NCBI RefSeq assembly: GCF_003918875.1
Contig: NW_025767076.1
Location: 682,001-746,000 of the forward strand
DNA length: 64,000 nt
Source: Haliotis rubra
Lineage: Eukaryota
Reading direction: 5' to 3'
Within the stretch, counting starts at the first letter, position 1; every line of letters starts with the position of its first letter. The position numbers were made by a program, and so were the translations under genes. A model generated the notes under the pieces. It made no database searches. It was not told the DNA's origin and saw nothing but the letters and a program-made list of their open reading frames with translations. This document shows, one piece after another, positions 25,989 to 39,050 of the stretch.

Positions 25989-26776
25989 AATAATGTGTGA
26001 AGTGCATTTATGGATCATACAGCATAGGTTGTGAACTTGTGTACAACTCTGTGATGTCATTGGGTTATACACAGTGGAAAAATCATAACAGAGGGGACAT
26101 TGTGCCTTAGAAAATAACTCATGAATCTTTGGTGGGAAGAGCCTCTTTGATTAATGTGCTTGTACAATTTAAATGGTATACAATTAGCTATTCTAGCTGG
26201 GGTATGGTGTATTTACATTTGTTAGAAACGTTTAATTCACAGCCCCAAATACAAGGCTCTTTGTTCAACTATAAAACACTCCTGCCTGTTATTCTGTCAG
26301 TCTTCTTACCATCTGTCAGCTACCACCAAGTCATTATACTCAGTTGTTTGTTGTATGTTCCTCTAACTCTCTTGTGTGTGGCAGGTTTCACATCCTCCTC
26401 AACAAGCCTTGAATCAGTTTAACCCCCAACCAACCAACCGCCCCCTCCTCCCTTCCTCGACAACCTAGTTTGCTAACAACCTCCCACTGTTGTGTCGTAT
26501 ATTACCTGGTGAATTGTCCTAAGACCATCACATCTTTCTTTCTTTGTATAAGAATTATGTACCTTGATCTTGACCTCTTGAGGCCAGCCTCCAGGATATC
26601 AAACAAAGCCACCTCAATAAATTCTACAAGAATTTTCAAACCAAAATGAAAACAGAATGCCTTTTCCATTTTTTTCAGAAATCTTGTGTTTGATGTTTGA
26701 CAATTAAATTTTAATGCAACAATAAATTACTATGACTCTTATGAGATTTGTGGTGAGTATTGTCCAGAGTCTGCTA

Positions 26777-26864
26777 GTGATGTGCTGATTGTCTGCTTGT
26801 GATGTGCTGATTGTCTGCTTGTGATGTGCTGATTGTCTGCTTGTGATGTGCTGATTGTCTGCTG
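26777..26864. repeat. 22-bp tandem repeat x4 (gtgatgtgctgattgtctgctt)
   Basis: Direct reading. Confidence 0.9.
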
Positions 26865-28919
26865 CCCATTATGGAGGACAAAGAACTTGGTAGCTTTGGA
26901 CAAACTGGGAAACAATCATGATTTTGTTCAACATTTGGAGTTTTGTTTGATTCTCATGTTTCAAAATTCTGAGGAACTTTAAGTCTCTGCTCTCTGGGGG
27001 TGAAACGGAATACTGCGTTATTAGTAGAACCGCAGTATTTTGCCTTCGGTTCAGTGTACCTTAATGCAATCCAAAATTCAATATTTTCGGCTTTTGTACC
27101 GTCATTTTATTAACCTTTTTAAACCTTTTCTAAAATGTCTAGAAATTCATTGTGTCAAAATCTATGCATTTCTGTAAGGTTTGACTCTTGTTGTCAATTT
27201 TCTGCATTATGATCCTGTCTCATATACTGAACCGAAATGGACTGAACCTAAATGGACCGAACCGAAAGCCTTGTACGTAATGCGTGGTGAGAGCGTAATG
27301 TTTCACTCCTACTGCTCTCTTTATGATGGGGTATGTATCTGGAGACACCAGAGCATCAGCTTCTGAGCAGGTCTAATTTAGTCAGTGCCTATGCTCAGGG
27401 AACAGTATGTAACTGGAGACACAATGTACCTTCAAGTGTCACCCCTCCCAGAGGTTGCAGACAGATATTCAACATAGTTGTACGGCAGCTTGACACTGAC
27501 GTAAATGTTTTGTCAAGTCAGATATAACTGCTGGACCTGTGACAAGACGGCATTATGACACATCACCCTGCTTAGCAATATGTCATCCACCATGCCTGAT
27601 TGGAGATAGTATCTTTTGTTGTGTCACACAACACGGAGCTCTGGCTGTGTGCTGCCCATACACACTGATTTACTCACACCTAATAGAGCAGAAACAGGGA
27701 TTGTTCACTCACAGTCAAACTTGAATGGAAGTTACGCACCAAAAGACATTTCGTAAATAAATTTGTTTCAGCCATAACTGAATTTGTTTGAATATCTCCT
27801 GAATATTTTTATTGCCATGTCTCGGATCTTTCATCTGTTCAATATTCTTCTCGCCATACATGTTTTTGGGGCAGTAGGTCCGAGTCTCGCTGGAGTCGGT
27901 GAGAGAATAAGTGAATGAATGTGTTACACTGTGTCAACATTGATAGTTATAGCTCAGGGACCTGTAAGTAATGGAGTCTGAACAGTTTAAACCAATGGCA
28001 GATAGTGTAATGATAGGCACCTACCCCTTTGTCACCAGTACACTTGATGAAATGTTACATGGATGCCAAAATTTCAATGTTGAAATATATTTTTAGTAAT
28101 GTTTTTCAACTTGCAATAATAAGACTATGATGTGCATTGTAAAAGGCATTAGATGTGAAGGTCCCAGTCTGATATGCTTCTACCAGCTGTGTACACTGAG
28201 ATGACTATAGGTTTTCACAGATCTGGAGGACGACACACGTTTTGTTACAGTCTAAGATTTTGGCAAATATTCTTCTTGTGGTAGGTACATCACAATTTAG
28301 TGTAGATTGTTCAGAATTTGAAAGTTGGATGAAGTAAGGACAATGTATAGTATGGTAGGTTACTACATACAAGCAGTAACTCCCCTCACAGTAGGTTCAA
28401 TGCAGCCCCACGTAATGACTTGCCATGTTGGAGGGCAGGCCATGTCGCATGTGATATAATATCAGATACAAATAATCTGATCAAGTCTATAATTTGTGTG
28501 GTGGTGTAATGAGTTGGGGACATTGTCCAGCGGATTATCCCTGGTGGGTTGAGTGTGTGTTTAGCCCTGCCCCCAGCCACGGGGGATGATCTCCAGCCCT
28601 AATACAGCCGGAACACACTGGGATATGCAGCCAGCCGGTGGGATCAGCCATTAATACACAAGCACCTGCTGCAGATTGACGTTATCTCTTAAGCTGGGGA
28701 TTATCACAATTACTTGCTTACTATGTGGTTGACTACTGGACTTGTTGTTAATGTTTAGGCAAAGAGAATAATAACTCATGCTTGATCCTGTCGATTTTGC
28801 TGCACGTTCAAGTGATCATGGTGATTTATGGTTTGTTAACTACGAGAAGTCATTTTGTGTATGTGTACATTTATTTCGAGGAATTACGAATTAATCAGTA
28901 TATATGTTCTTTAGCATGT

Positions 28920-30578
28920 CTGTGTGTAAGGATGGTGTGATGGATGTTGTGTCAGGATAGTGGGAAGGTCTGTGTGGAAGGTTTGTGTGTCAGGATAGTG
29001 GGAAGGTCAGTGTCAGGATAGTAGGTAGGACTGTGTGTCAGGATAGTGGGAAGGTCTGTGTGTTAGGATTGTGGAAAGGTTTTGTGTGTCAGGATAGTGG
29101 GAAGGTCTGTGTGTCAGGATTGTGGGAAGGTCAGTTTCAGGATAGTAGGAAGGACTGTGTCGGGATTGTTGGAAGGGTTTGTGTGTCAGGATAGTCGGAA
29201 GGTCTGTGTGTCAGGATAGTGGGAAGGTCTGTGTGGATAGTGGGAAGGTCAGGATAGTGGGAAGGTCTGTGTTTATGTCAGGATAGTGGGAAGGTCTGTG
29301 TGTCAGGATAGTGGGAAGGTTTGGATAGTGTCAGGATAGTGGAAGGTCTGTGCGTGTCAGGATAGTGGGAAGGTTTGTCCAGGATGTGTCAGGATAGTGG
29401 AAGGTCTGTGGAAGGTGTCAGGATAGTGGGAAGGTCTGTGTGTCAGGATAGTGGGAAGGTCTGTTTTCAGGATCAGGATAGTGGGAAGGTCTGAGTGTCA
29501 GGATAGTGGGAAGGTCTGTGTCAGGATAGTGGGAAGGTCTGTGTGTCATGGGAAGGTCTGTGTGTCAGGATAGAGGGAATGGATAGGTCTGAGTGTCAGT
29601 AGGAGGTCTGTGTGTCAGGATAGTGGGAAGGTCTGTGTCAGGATAGTGGGAAGGTCTGTCAAGATAGTGGGAATGTCTGTTTTATCAGGATAGTGGGAAG
29701 GTCTGTGTCAGGATAGTGGGGGACGTGTGGAAAAGTCATTTTGTGTATGTGTACAGGACGTGTGTCAGGATAGTGGGAAGGTCTGTGTGTGTCAGGATTG
29801 TGTCAGAATAGTGGGAAGGAAGGTCTGTGTCAGGGATAGTGGGAAGGTCTGTGTGTTAGGATGTGTCAGGATAGAGGGAATGTCTGTGTGGGAAAGGTCT
29901 GTGTGTCAGGATAGTGGGAAGGTCTGTGTCAGGATCTGGGAAGTGTCAGGATAGTATAGTGGGAAGGACTGTGTGTCAGGATAGTGGGAAGGTCTGTGTG
30001 TCAGGATAATGGGAAGGTCTGTGTGTCAGGATAGTGGGAATGTCTGTGTGTCAGGATAGTGGGAAGGTCTGAGTGTCAGGATAGTAGTAAGGACTGTGTG
30101 TCAGGATAGTGGGAAGGTCTGTGTGTCAGGATAGTGGGAAGGTCTGTCAGGATAGTGGGAATGTCTGTTTTTTTAGGATAGTGGGAAGGTCTGTGTCAGG
30201 ATAGTGGGAAGGACTTGTGTCAGGATAGTGGGAAGGTCTGTGTGTCAGGATAGTGGGAAGGTCTGTGTCAGTATAGTGGGAAGGTCTGTCAGGATAGTGG
30301 GAATGTCTGTTTTATCAGGATAGTGGGAAGGTCTGTGTCAGGATAGTGGGGAGGACGTGTGTCAGGATAGTGGGAAAGATTGTGTCAGAATAGTGGGAAG
30401 GACTGTGTCAGGGTAGTGGGAAGGTCTGTGTGTCAGGATAGTGGGAAGGTGTGTGTGTCAGGATAGTGGGACGGTCTGAGTGTCAGGATAGTAGAAAGGT
30501 CTGTCAGGATAGTTGTAGGGTCTGTGTGTCAGGATAGTGGGACAGTCTGTGTGTCAGGATAGTGGGAAAGTCTGTGGG
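28920..30578. repeat. Minisatellite, ~25-bp unit (gtgtgtcaggatagtgggaaggtct)
   Basis: Direct reading. Confidence 0.95.
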
Positions 30579-31143
30579 AGCGTCATCTGGGTCCCTGTTG
30601 TTCCCCACTGGGGGTGAGTGTCACCTGTGGCTATGTCCCACTGATATGATCTGATCTATTATCAGTGGGATCAAGTGTCACCTGTATAATTAGTGTTTCT
30701 GTATGGTCCAGAATGTACACATATCTGGTAGGCATGGATCCTTCTGATCTAATCTGTCAGTCATTGTGTTGTTAATCTCTGTACCACGGTTAGGTATTCT
30801 CAGTGGGGATTGTCACTACTGTACTTGATGTTTACAATAATTGCACCTTTAATTTGATGTATTATTGCATAAACATCATCATGATAATGATCTTTTTAAC
30901 ATGTATTGTACCTTATCCTGCATAAGGCATGAGAGGTCTGGTGTTTCACCTAGAGGACAATATTGATATGAGGAAGTGACCAGCTTTAGTTGAGCCTCAG
31001 CAAACTTGACTTAGAGATTGTACAAATAGTTGAGATTTTTGTCAGTGAAGTCACAGATATGTGTGACCTTTCTGCCTTAAGGAAGGACATTCAGTAAACT
31101 ACTCCCAAGTTGTTTTGTTTGCTGTCTTTGTTGTATTGCAACA

Positions 31144-32140
31144 ACAGTGGCTGATGTTGGTGCGAGGCCAGGGTAGGGACATCACTCTACAGTGGCTGAT
31201 GTTGGTGAGAGGCCAGGGTAGGGACATCACTCTACAGTGGCTGATGTTGGTGAGAGGCCAGGGTAGGGACATCACTCTACAGTGGCTGATATTGGTGCGA
31301 GGCCAGGGGAAGGACATCACTCTACAGTGGCTGATGTTGGTGCGAGGCCAGGGTAGGGACATCACTCTACAGTGGCTGATGTTGGTGTGAGGCCAGGGGA
31401 AGGACATCACTCTACAGTAGCTGATGTTGGTGCGAGGCCAGGGTAGGGACATCACTGTACAGTGGCTGATGTTGGTGCGAGGCCAGGGTAGGGACATCAC
31501 TCTACAGTGACTGATGTTGGTGAGAGGCCAGGGTAGGGACATCACTCTACAGTGGCTGATATTGGTGAGAGGCCAGGGTAGGGACATCACTCTACAGTGG
31601 CTGATGTTGGTGAGAGGCCAGGGTAGGGACATCACTCTACAGTGGCTGATGTTGGTGAGAGGCCAGGGTAGGGACATCACTCTACAGTGGCTGATATTGG
31701 TGAGAGGCCAGGGTAGGGACATCACTCTACAGTGGCTGATGTTGGTGAGAGGCCAGGGTAGGGACATCACTCTACAGTAGCTGATGTTGGTGCGAGGCCA
31801 GGGTAGGGACATCACTCTACAGTGGCTGATGTTGGTGAGAGGCCAGGGTAGGGACATCATCACTCTACAGTGGCTGATGTTGGTGTGAGGCCAGGGTAGG
31901 GACATCACTCTACAGTAGCTGATGTTGGTGCGAGGCCAGGGTAGGGACATCACTCTACAGTGGCTGATGTTGGTGAGAGGCCAGGGTAGGGACATCACTC
32001 TACAGTGGCTGATATTGGTGAGAGGCCAGGGTAGGGACATCACTCCACAGTGGCTGATGTTGGTGAGAGGCCAGGGTAGGGACATCACTCTACAGTGGCT
32101 GATGTTGGTGCGAGGCCAGGGAAGGGACATCACTCTACAG
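31144..32140. repeat. Minisatellite, 45-bp unit (acagtggctgatgttggtgagaggccagggtagggacatcactct)
   Basis: About 22 copies, matching the 15-aa periodicity in the ORF track. Confidence 0.97.
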
Positions 32141-33239
32141 ACCATAGGTGGTTGGTCACCACTTGGGAGACACATCACTCCACAGCAAAGTCTGGACAGC
32201 AGCACCAGCTCCAGCAGTTAGAATCACAGTTGAAGGGATATACAATCAATGAAGTTATTGCATTAAATATTGTTCAGTTTATTTTGTTTATTCTGCTTGA
32301 ATAGACAACATGTGCTGAAGTATTTCGATTCAAAGGCACACATTATGTTTTGTATGCCAGTGATAAATATACGAATCATGGGTGGAAAAGAAGTCAAATA
32401 TTCTTTTGTACAGAGTTGCATCGCCTTACCACAATATGGTTATGATCCAATCTCACTAAAATACGATCTTTTGCTGGGATGTGCTGTCAGATGATCCAGT
32501 GGTAAAGTAGCCACCGTGTGTGGCTCCACCGTGGTTGTCCTGTTCACTGTCCCCTTGTTCATGAACTTCACTGAGTGGCATTTTTAGAAGTACAATAAAG
32601 AACAGACTTTATGGATAAGAGGGTGTCAAAACCAGCTTGAATACCTCAGGTTTTTTTTCTCTTATTCGTGAGTGCGACATTTCGATACAGATTCTTGTAC
32701 CGTTGTCAACAGAATAAAAAAAAGTTGTTGTCCAAAAAGTTTGTTCTATATTTTTGTGTACTAATCTTTCCATTGAAGCATTTCTTAATTTAAAAAGCAG
32801 CTTTTGAAGATTGAAAACAAAGTTTCAATAACAAACTGCTGGTCATCCTCATTAGTCATCCATTATTTGAAGAAGATTACTATTGCTGCTCAATCACCTT
32901 CAGTCTTTGAGAAGTGATTTGACCATGGTTATAAAGTGTTGAAGCAGTTATGTGTAAAGGCCCTAGAGGTTGATGCAGTGTGTCAGTAATCCCATGCTAC
33001 TCCGAGGTCTCAGCAGCCTTTGACTCAACACTGCCAGGGAACAAGAAAGTTTACACACACCCTTTGAGTTGATTCTTAGGAGAAATGAATAACGTCTAGC
33101 TTCTGATCCCATTAATTATATGATTGGCTGGGTTCTAAAGTGATTGTTGATAACTGTTGATTGTGTACTATTGGGCTGACAGAGTTTCCCACAGTAGGGC
33201 GCTGGCATACCATAGCGAATGTATACTCTGCAAAAAACA

Positions 33240-33376
33240 NNNNNNNNNNNNNNNNNNNNNNNNNNNNNNNNNNNNNNNNNNNNNNNNNNNNNNNNNNNNN
33301 NNNNNNNNNNNNNNNNNNNNNNNNNNNNNNNNNNNNNNNNNNNNNNNNNNNNNNNNNNNNNNNNNNNNNNNNNNNN
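33240..33376. other. Assembly gap (N run)
   Basis: Run of n. Confidence 0.99.
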
Positions 33377-33808
33377 AGTATTATATAAATAGATTAAAAT
33401 ACATGTACATTGTTCTAATTGGGCACAAGCCATTGTCATTGACTGAGATTCATCATGGCATGGAAACAATGGAAGGTTATGTCATCTGTTTTCAATATTG
33501 TGTATGGCCACCATAAACACCCAGAACTGCCTGGCATTGACACAGTATATAGCTATGTTGGTGTATTTTGGATTGCTCAATACTACAATACACAGTATGA
33601 TATTATGCTTTACGGTGGAGAATACATAGCTTTATTTTGTTGTCTTAATGACAGTGTGGACACTGTCATATGAATATGAAGAGTTTCTGGTCGATGATGA
33701 ACCATGTGTTTTAATGATAACCAATATCCAGTCCTTTCATCATGTTATTTTACAGTTATTCTGTCTCCTATTGTTGTTCTGTGTCCTATTATTCTGTTCT
33801 TGTTTCAG

Positions 33809-34861
33809 TTGGATGCTTGTACCAGTTTTGAAGAGAGGAGAAAGATACGAGCTGCCATTCGCCAGCTGAAAGATGACGGAGTTAAATCTCACAGTTTCTC
33901 GGTCAAACCCTCTGTCTCCAGCTCATTAGACAATAAGGAGGCCTATACTGGCACAGTACGACCAAGCCCAAGTCTTCAGAGGACTTCCAGTGATGGCTAC
34001 AGTAGAGTTTCTCGACCCAGGAGCTTTCACTACGGTGTCTCTCCAAGTGACGGTGCATCTAGATCAAGCAATGGATATTCTTGGACACCAGCAGGCAGTA
34101 GCAATGAAGTGCCTAGGCATGGTGGATGCTGGTCAAGTTCAGAGGAGAGGAACAGTGTGGACAGATGCAGGTCTGGGTACACCCCTGTAGGCACAACTAA
34201 CACTAGAACAGAGACTCTGCACCAGAATAGTTATCATTCATCTCCCTCTAATGGCACCAGTGAGTCCCGATCCAATGTTGTGTCTCCAGATAATGACAGT
34301 GTATCTCAACTCAGGAGCACCCGTCTCTCTTCATCTCACAGCAATGTGTGCCCAAGCAGTGTAGTCAGTCCGTCCACCGGCCATGTATCTAGTCACAACC
34401 CAAGGGTGGAGTTGCGTCACCCAATCATCAAAGCAGGGCATGACAAGCATAGTAATGTCAGCAGAAGTCTTGTCAATATCCGCGAGTCAATAAACTCTAT
34501 GGCTTTGAGAAAGAATGTTTTAAATGTCCGTCCAACCCATCCACAGACTTCAAGCAGTGTTGAATTCAGGAACGTTGTTTCTACCTCTGTCACCAACCTC
34601 ACATCAACGGCAGAGGAGTCAGCAACCTCTCTCCAGGAGAGGTATGTAAGCAGTGCTGATACCAGTACCAGGTCAGTGTCTCTCAGTTCGGAGAACCTCA
34701 CCAGAACCAGTGACGCCGATGTCCCTCGGTGGCGGAGTGCCTCCTACACCTCACTACAAAGGGCAGATAACAGCATGAAGGAGGAGCCCCCTGCAAGTGG
34801 TCTGGGGATCCATGACTCGGTTATAGACAACTGCAAATCTGAGGATTACCTGCAGTTCCTG
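33809..34861 (+). CDS. SMTN: Smoothelin-like gene, exon 2 (351 codons: second half of repeat 1, long Ser-rich low-complexity linker, first half of repeat 2)
   Basis: Acceptor ttctgttcttgtttcag ends at 33808 and donor CTG|gtaagc starts at 34862 (phase 0/0). Lies inside the non-repetitive ORF 33704-34870 and ends ...IDNCKSEDYLQFL. Confidence 0.92.
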
Positions 34862-35350
34862 GTAAGCTAATGAAAGATACATCTAATCATTTATTGATTT
34901 TTTACATACATTTTGAAGTTGTATGTGATGACATGACATCTTTTCCATCAGATCTATGTAAGAATTTCTTGTTACTCAATCCTGAAACATCAGGCGTTAC
35001 ATTGAAAGTGATTGTTTACCAGGATTAATGTCTTCCAAGTCATATTCAGCATCAGTCAAGGAAACTCCTTGTGACAATAGGCTCATAGAGATCTGCACAT
35101 AACAATGTTCACTGATGTCCAGGAAGAAAGAGACTGTGCCAATATTCATAAGTCTTCTTGGTTGTAAAATAGAGCAGAGTCTCCAGGAGTGTTTCAACAT
35201 ATGTATAAGTAATACATGTTTCTGTAGCTATCCCCCTAAATTCATGGTTATGTTACACTGGCGTGTGTTGTGGTGTGTGTGCAGCATGTAGGAGATATAC
35301 TGTAAAAATGTCTCTTGAAGGTTTCCATGGTGACATGTCTTTATTTTCAG

Positions 35351-35447
35351 TTGCTGAGATCCTCCGAATTTGTGGAGAGACGAAAAATTAGAACCAGGAT
35401 AAGAGAGCTTCGTGAAAGCAGAGAAGACATTGGCCTAGTTGAGGAAG
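35351..35447 (+). CDS. SMTN: Smoothelin-like gene, exon 3 (LLRSSEFVERRKIRTRIRELRESREDIGLVEE)
   Basis: Acceptor ctttattttcag, donor G|gtaaca at 35448, phase 0/1. Contains the ERRKIRxxIRELR motif. Confidence 0.9.
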
Positions 35448-35549
35448 GTAACATCTTTGAGACTAATTGTTCTCTGTAGAATCACCCTGCTAACACTGAA
35501 TGGCAAACATGATCATACATCTCAACAACAAATCACGAACCTACTTAGC

Positions 35550-37425
35550 ACACACGTAGCAGGACAACACTGCCTGACATATGTGGCAGGACACAACTGC
35601 TTGACACATGTAGCAGGACACAACTGCTTGACGCATGTAGCAGGACACAACTGCTTGACACATGTAGCAGGACAAAACTGCATGACACAAGTAGCAGGAC
35701 ACAACTGCTTGACACAAGTAGCAGGACACAACTGCATGACACATGTAGCAGGACACAACTGCTTGACACAAGTAGCAGGACACAACTGCATGACACACGT
35801 AGCAGGACACAACTGCATGACACAAGTAAAAAGACAACACTGCCTGACACAAGTAGCAAGACACAACTGCTTGACACACATAGCAGGACACAACTGCTTG
35901 ACACAACTGCATGACACACGTAGCAGGACAAAACTGCTTGACACAAGTAATAAGGCAACACTGCATGACACACATAGCAGGACCCAACTGCTTGACACAC
36001 GTAGCAGGACACAACTGCTTGACACAAGTAATAAGACAAGACTGCATGACACACATAGCAGGACACAACTGCTTGACACAAGTAGCAGGACACAACTGCT
36101 TGACACAAGTAATAAGTCTGCTTGACACACATAGCAGGACACAACTGCTTGACACACATAGCAGGACACAACTGTTTGACACAAGACAAGACTGCTTGAC
36201 ACACATAGCAGGACACAACTGCTTGACACATGTAGCAGGACACAACTGCTTGACACAAGTAGCAGGACACAACTGCTTGACACATGTAGCAGGACACAAC
36301 TGCTTGACACACATAGCAGGACACAACTGCTTGACACATGTAGCAGGACACAACTGCTTGACACACATAGCAGGACACAACTGCTTGACACAAGTAATAA
36401 GGCAAGACTGCTTGACACATGTAGCAGGACACAACTGCTTGACACAAGTAGCAGGACACAACTGCTTGACACATGTAGCAGGACACAACTGCTTGACACA
36501 CGTAGCAGGACACAACTGCTTGACACACGTAGCAGGACACAACTGCTTGACACAAGTAATAAGGCAAGACTGCTTGACACATGTAGCAGGACACAACTGC
36601 TTGACACAAGTAGCAGGACACAACTGCTTGACACAAGTAGCAGGACACAACTGCTTGACACAAGTAATAAGGCAAGACTGCTTGACACATGTAGCAGGAC
36701 ACAACTGCTTGACACAAGTAGCAGGGCACAACTGCTTGACACAAGTAGCAGGACACAACTGCTTGACACAAGTAATAAGGCAATACTGCTTGACACATGT
36801 AGCAGGACACAACTGCTTGACACACATAGCAGGACACAACTGCTTGACACATGTAGCAGGACACAACTGCTTGATACAAGTAATAAGGCAATACTGCTTG
36901 ACACATGTAGCAGGACACAACTGCATGACGCACATAGCAGGACACAACTGCTTGACACACATAGCAGGACACAACTGCAGGACACAAGTAATAAGGCAAC
37001 ACTGCATGACACACATAGCAGGACACAACTGCTTGACACAGGTAGCAGGACACAACTGCTTGACACAAGTAATAAGGCAACACTGCTTGACACAAGTAGT
37101 AAGACAGAACTGCATGACGCACATAGCAGGACACAACTGCTTGACACAAGTAGCAGGACACAACTGCTTGACACAAGTTATCAGACAACACTGCATGACA
37201 CACCTAGTAGGACTCAACTGATTGACACAAGTAGCAGGACACAACTGCTTGACACAAGTAAAAAGACAACACTGCTTGACACAAGTAGCAGGACACAACT
37301 GCTTGTCACATGTAGCAGGACACAACTGCTTGACACAAGTAGCCGGACACAAGTGCTTGACACAAGTAGCCGGACACAACTGCTTGACACAAGTAGCAGG
37401 ACACAACTGCTTGACACAAGTAGCC
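35550..37425. repeat. Minisatellite, 27-bp unit (gtagcaggacacaactgcttgacacaa) with variant units
   Basis: About 70 copies, matching the 9-aa periodicity in the ORF track. Confidence 0.97.
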
Positions 37426-38489
37426 TGACAGCAGTATGTGACAGGACTGTGTGTATCCAACAGAAGTAGTGTGAACAATATGTCCAAACTAAGCAATGCC
37501 TCGTTCCTGTATTTATTCAGGTATTAAGACTGGTGTAAAACAGGCCCATAGAAGTTGCTTGAGACCTGGCCACACAGTATCAGTATGCCCTGCTTTAGCA
37601 GATAATGCCTCACAAGTTATGAGGGGTTTGTTTGGACCAAGGTAATATGTGTCAGAGCCAGACTTAATCATGTCGATAGTGTGAGTAGCCAAAACCATTT
37701 ATTGGTGTGTCAGGCCTGGATCTCCTAAGCTGGGGTATCACACACACAGATCCATACAGCTTTGTGGAGAAGACGTTTAGGCCAAAGTTTAGTAACCAGA
37801 CTGATAAAAAAGACATGCAAACATTTCCAGGCTGAAGCTCATACATAATTATATATATGCTTTTTCCATGGGATACAATGACATAATGGTACGCATGGCA
37901 TATTCCAGCAAATAAGTGATCAATTATGTCTTTAAGACCTATGATCATGTGATGCGGTTATCATTGGTTCCTGTGTAACTGGTTGGCTGAATCTTATTGA
38001 AGGTAGTGATGGCTGTTTTATTACCATCACGCCTGACTGACACCAGCCTGGAGGAGGACATATTGTGGAGGTGCTCTGTCATCATTTGTCCACATTGTAC
38101 AAGACATTTGTCTGCAGGGCTGTTTCACTGTCACCTGATTTCAATCTGGTTCTGTACCTGGTGTTGGCACGATGATGTGCAGGTTATCTCCACCTCCGGT
38201 GTGATCGGAGATTTACATGGACCACCACACTGTGACTCATCAGTCAAACCTCCACCTACAAGTGTTACCTCGTCTCTGTTACCTGTCTGCTCATATGATT
38301 GCATTGGTATAGTGTAAATCTGTTGGCGGATGAAAAACATTCAAGCTGACAGCTTTACAATACCACTGACGATTCTTGTTTTGAAAGATTATTTTTAAAT
38401 TGCCGTAGAACTTGTGGATGCTGAGTGACCATATATGGATAAGATGCAATATTTTGACCATTGGGTCTTCTGGTGATCCATATTGATTG

Positions 38490-39050
38490 CATTCTCTTCC
38501 CACAGAGGATACTCCTGTCATATCTTCCTACGTAACCTCTGTTCTAATACGGCCATATTTCCCGGTTCTCGTAAAATCCCCTAGCGGCAAAAGATCACAA
38601 CACGAATTATCTCCCTTCTTTCTATCCAATCAGAACACGTGTTACATCGACTTAGATTCAACTTGACTAACACAAGCAAATGTGGGGCCACAAATATCCC
38701 CCCATCTGCCGGGGACTTGTGTTGATGTTACACACAAGACGTTTAATGGCTAGCTTGTCCGTTGTCAACGAGGGCGATGGAGACGCCACTGATCCGCCAT
38801 AACATGACTGAGTACTGTCTAGAAGAAACGTTTACGCATCGCGCAGGGGAAGAAGTTTAGTTTTCTCGAAGCATACGGAAATTACCGAGGCCTTGCGAAT
38901 GATCACTTTTGAAACAACGTTGCTGATTGCACAACTAAATCTGATTGCCTCCAATCACGAGTCCTGAACGCTCACACCATGAAAGGGCCGTATTAGAACA
39001 GAGGTTACGTAGGAAGATATGACAGGAGTAACCTCTGTGGGAAGAGAATG
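38490..39050. mobile_element. MITE, Mutator (MULE)-like
   Basis: ~65-bp near-perfect TIRs (cattctcttcccacagagg...ctaatacggcc) and a perfect 9-bp TSD TATTGATTG (38481-38489, 39051-39059). Confidence 0.92.

Noticed and set aside
27005-27270. Inverted ttcggttcagt / actgaaccgaa motifs with a 15-bp triple repeat
   Set aside because: Probably a decayed MITE, but termini and TSD could not be defined.
31099-32221. 368-aa repetitive ORF; similar ORFs at 53346-55674 and 11401-16757
   Set aside because: Minisatellite translations.
35439-37496. Cys-rich ORFs on both strands resembling metallothionein or keratin-associated proteins
   Set aside because: A 27-bp tandem repeat open in several frames on both strands, lying after the exon 3 donor.
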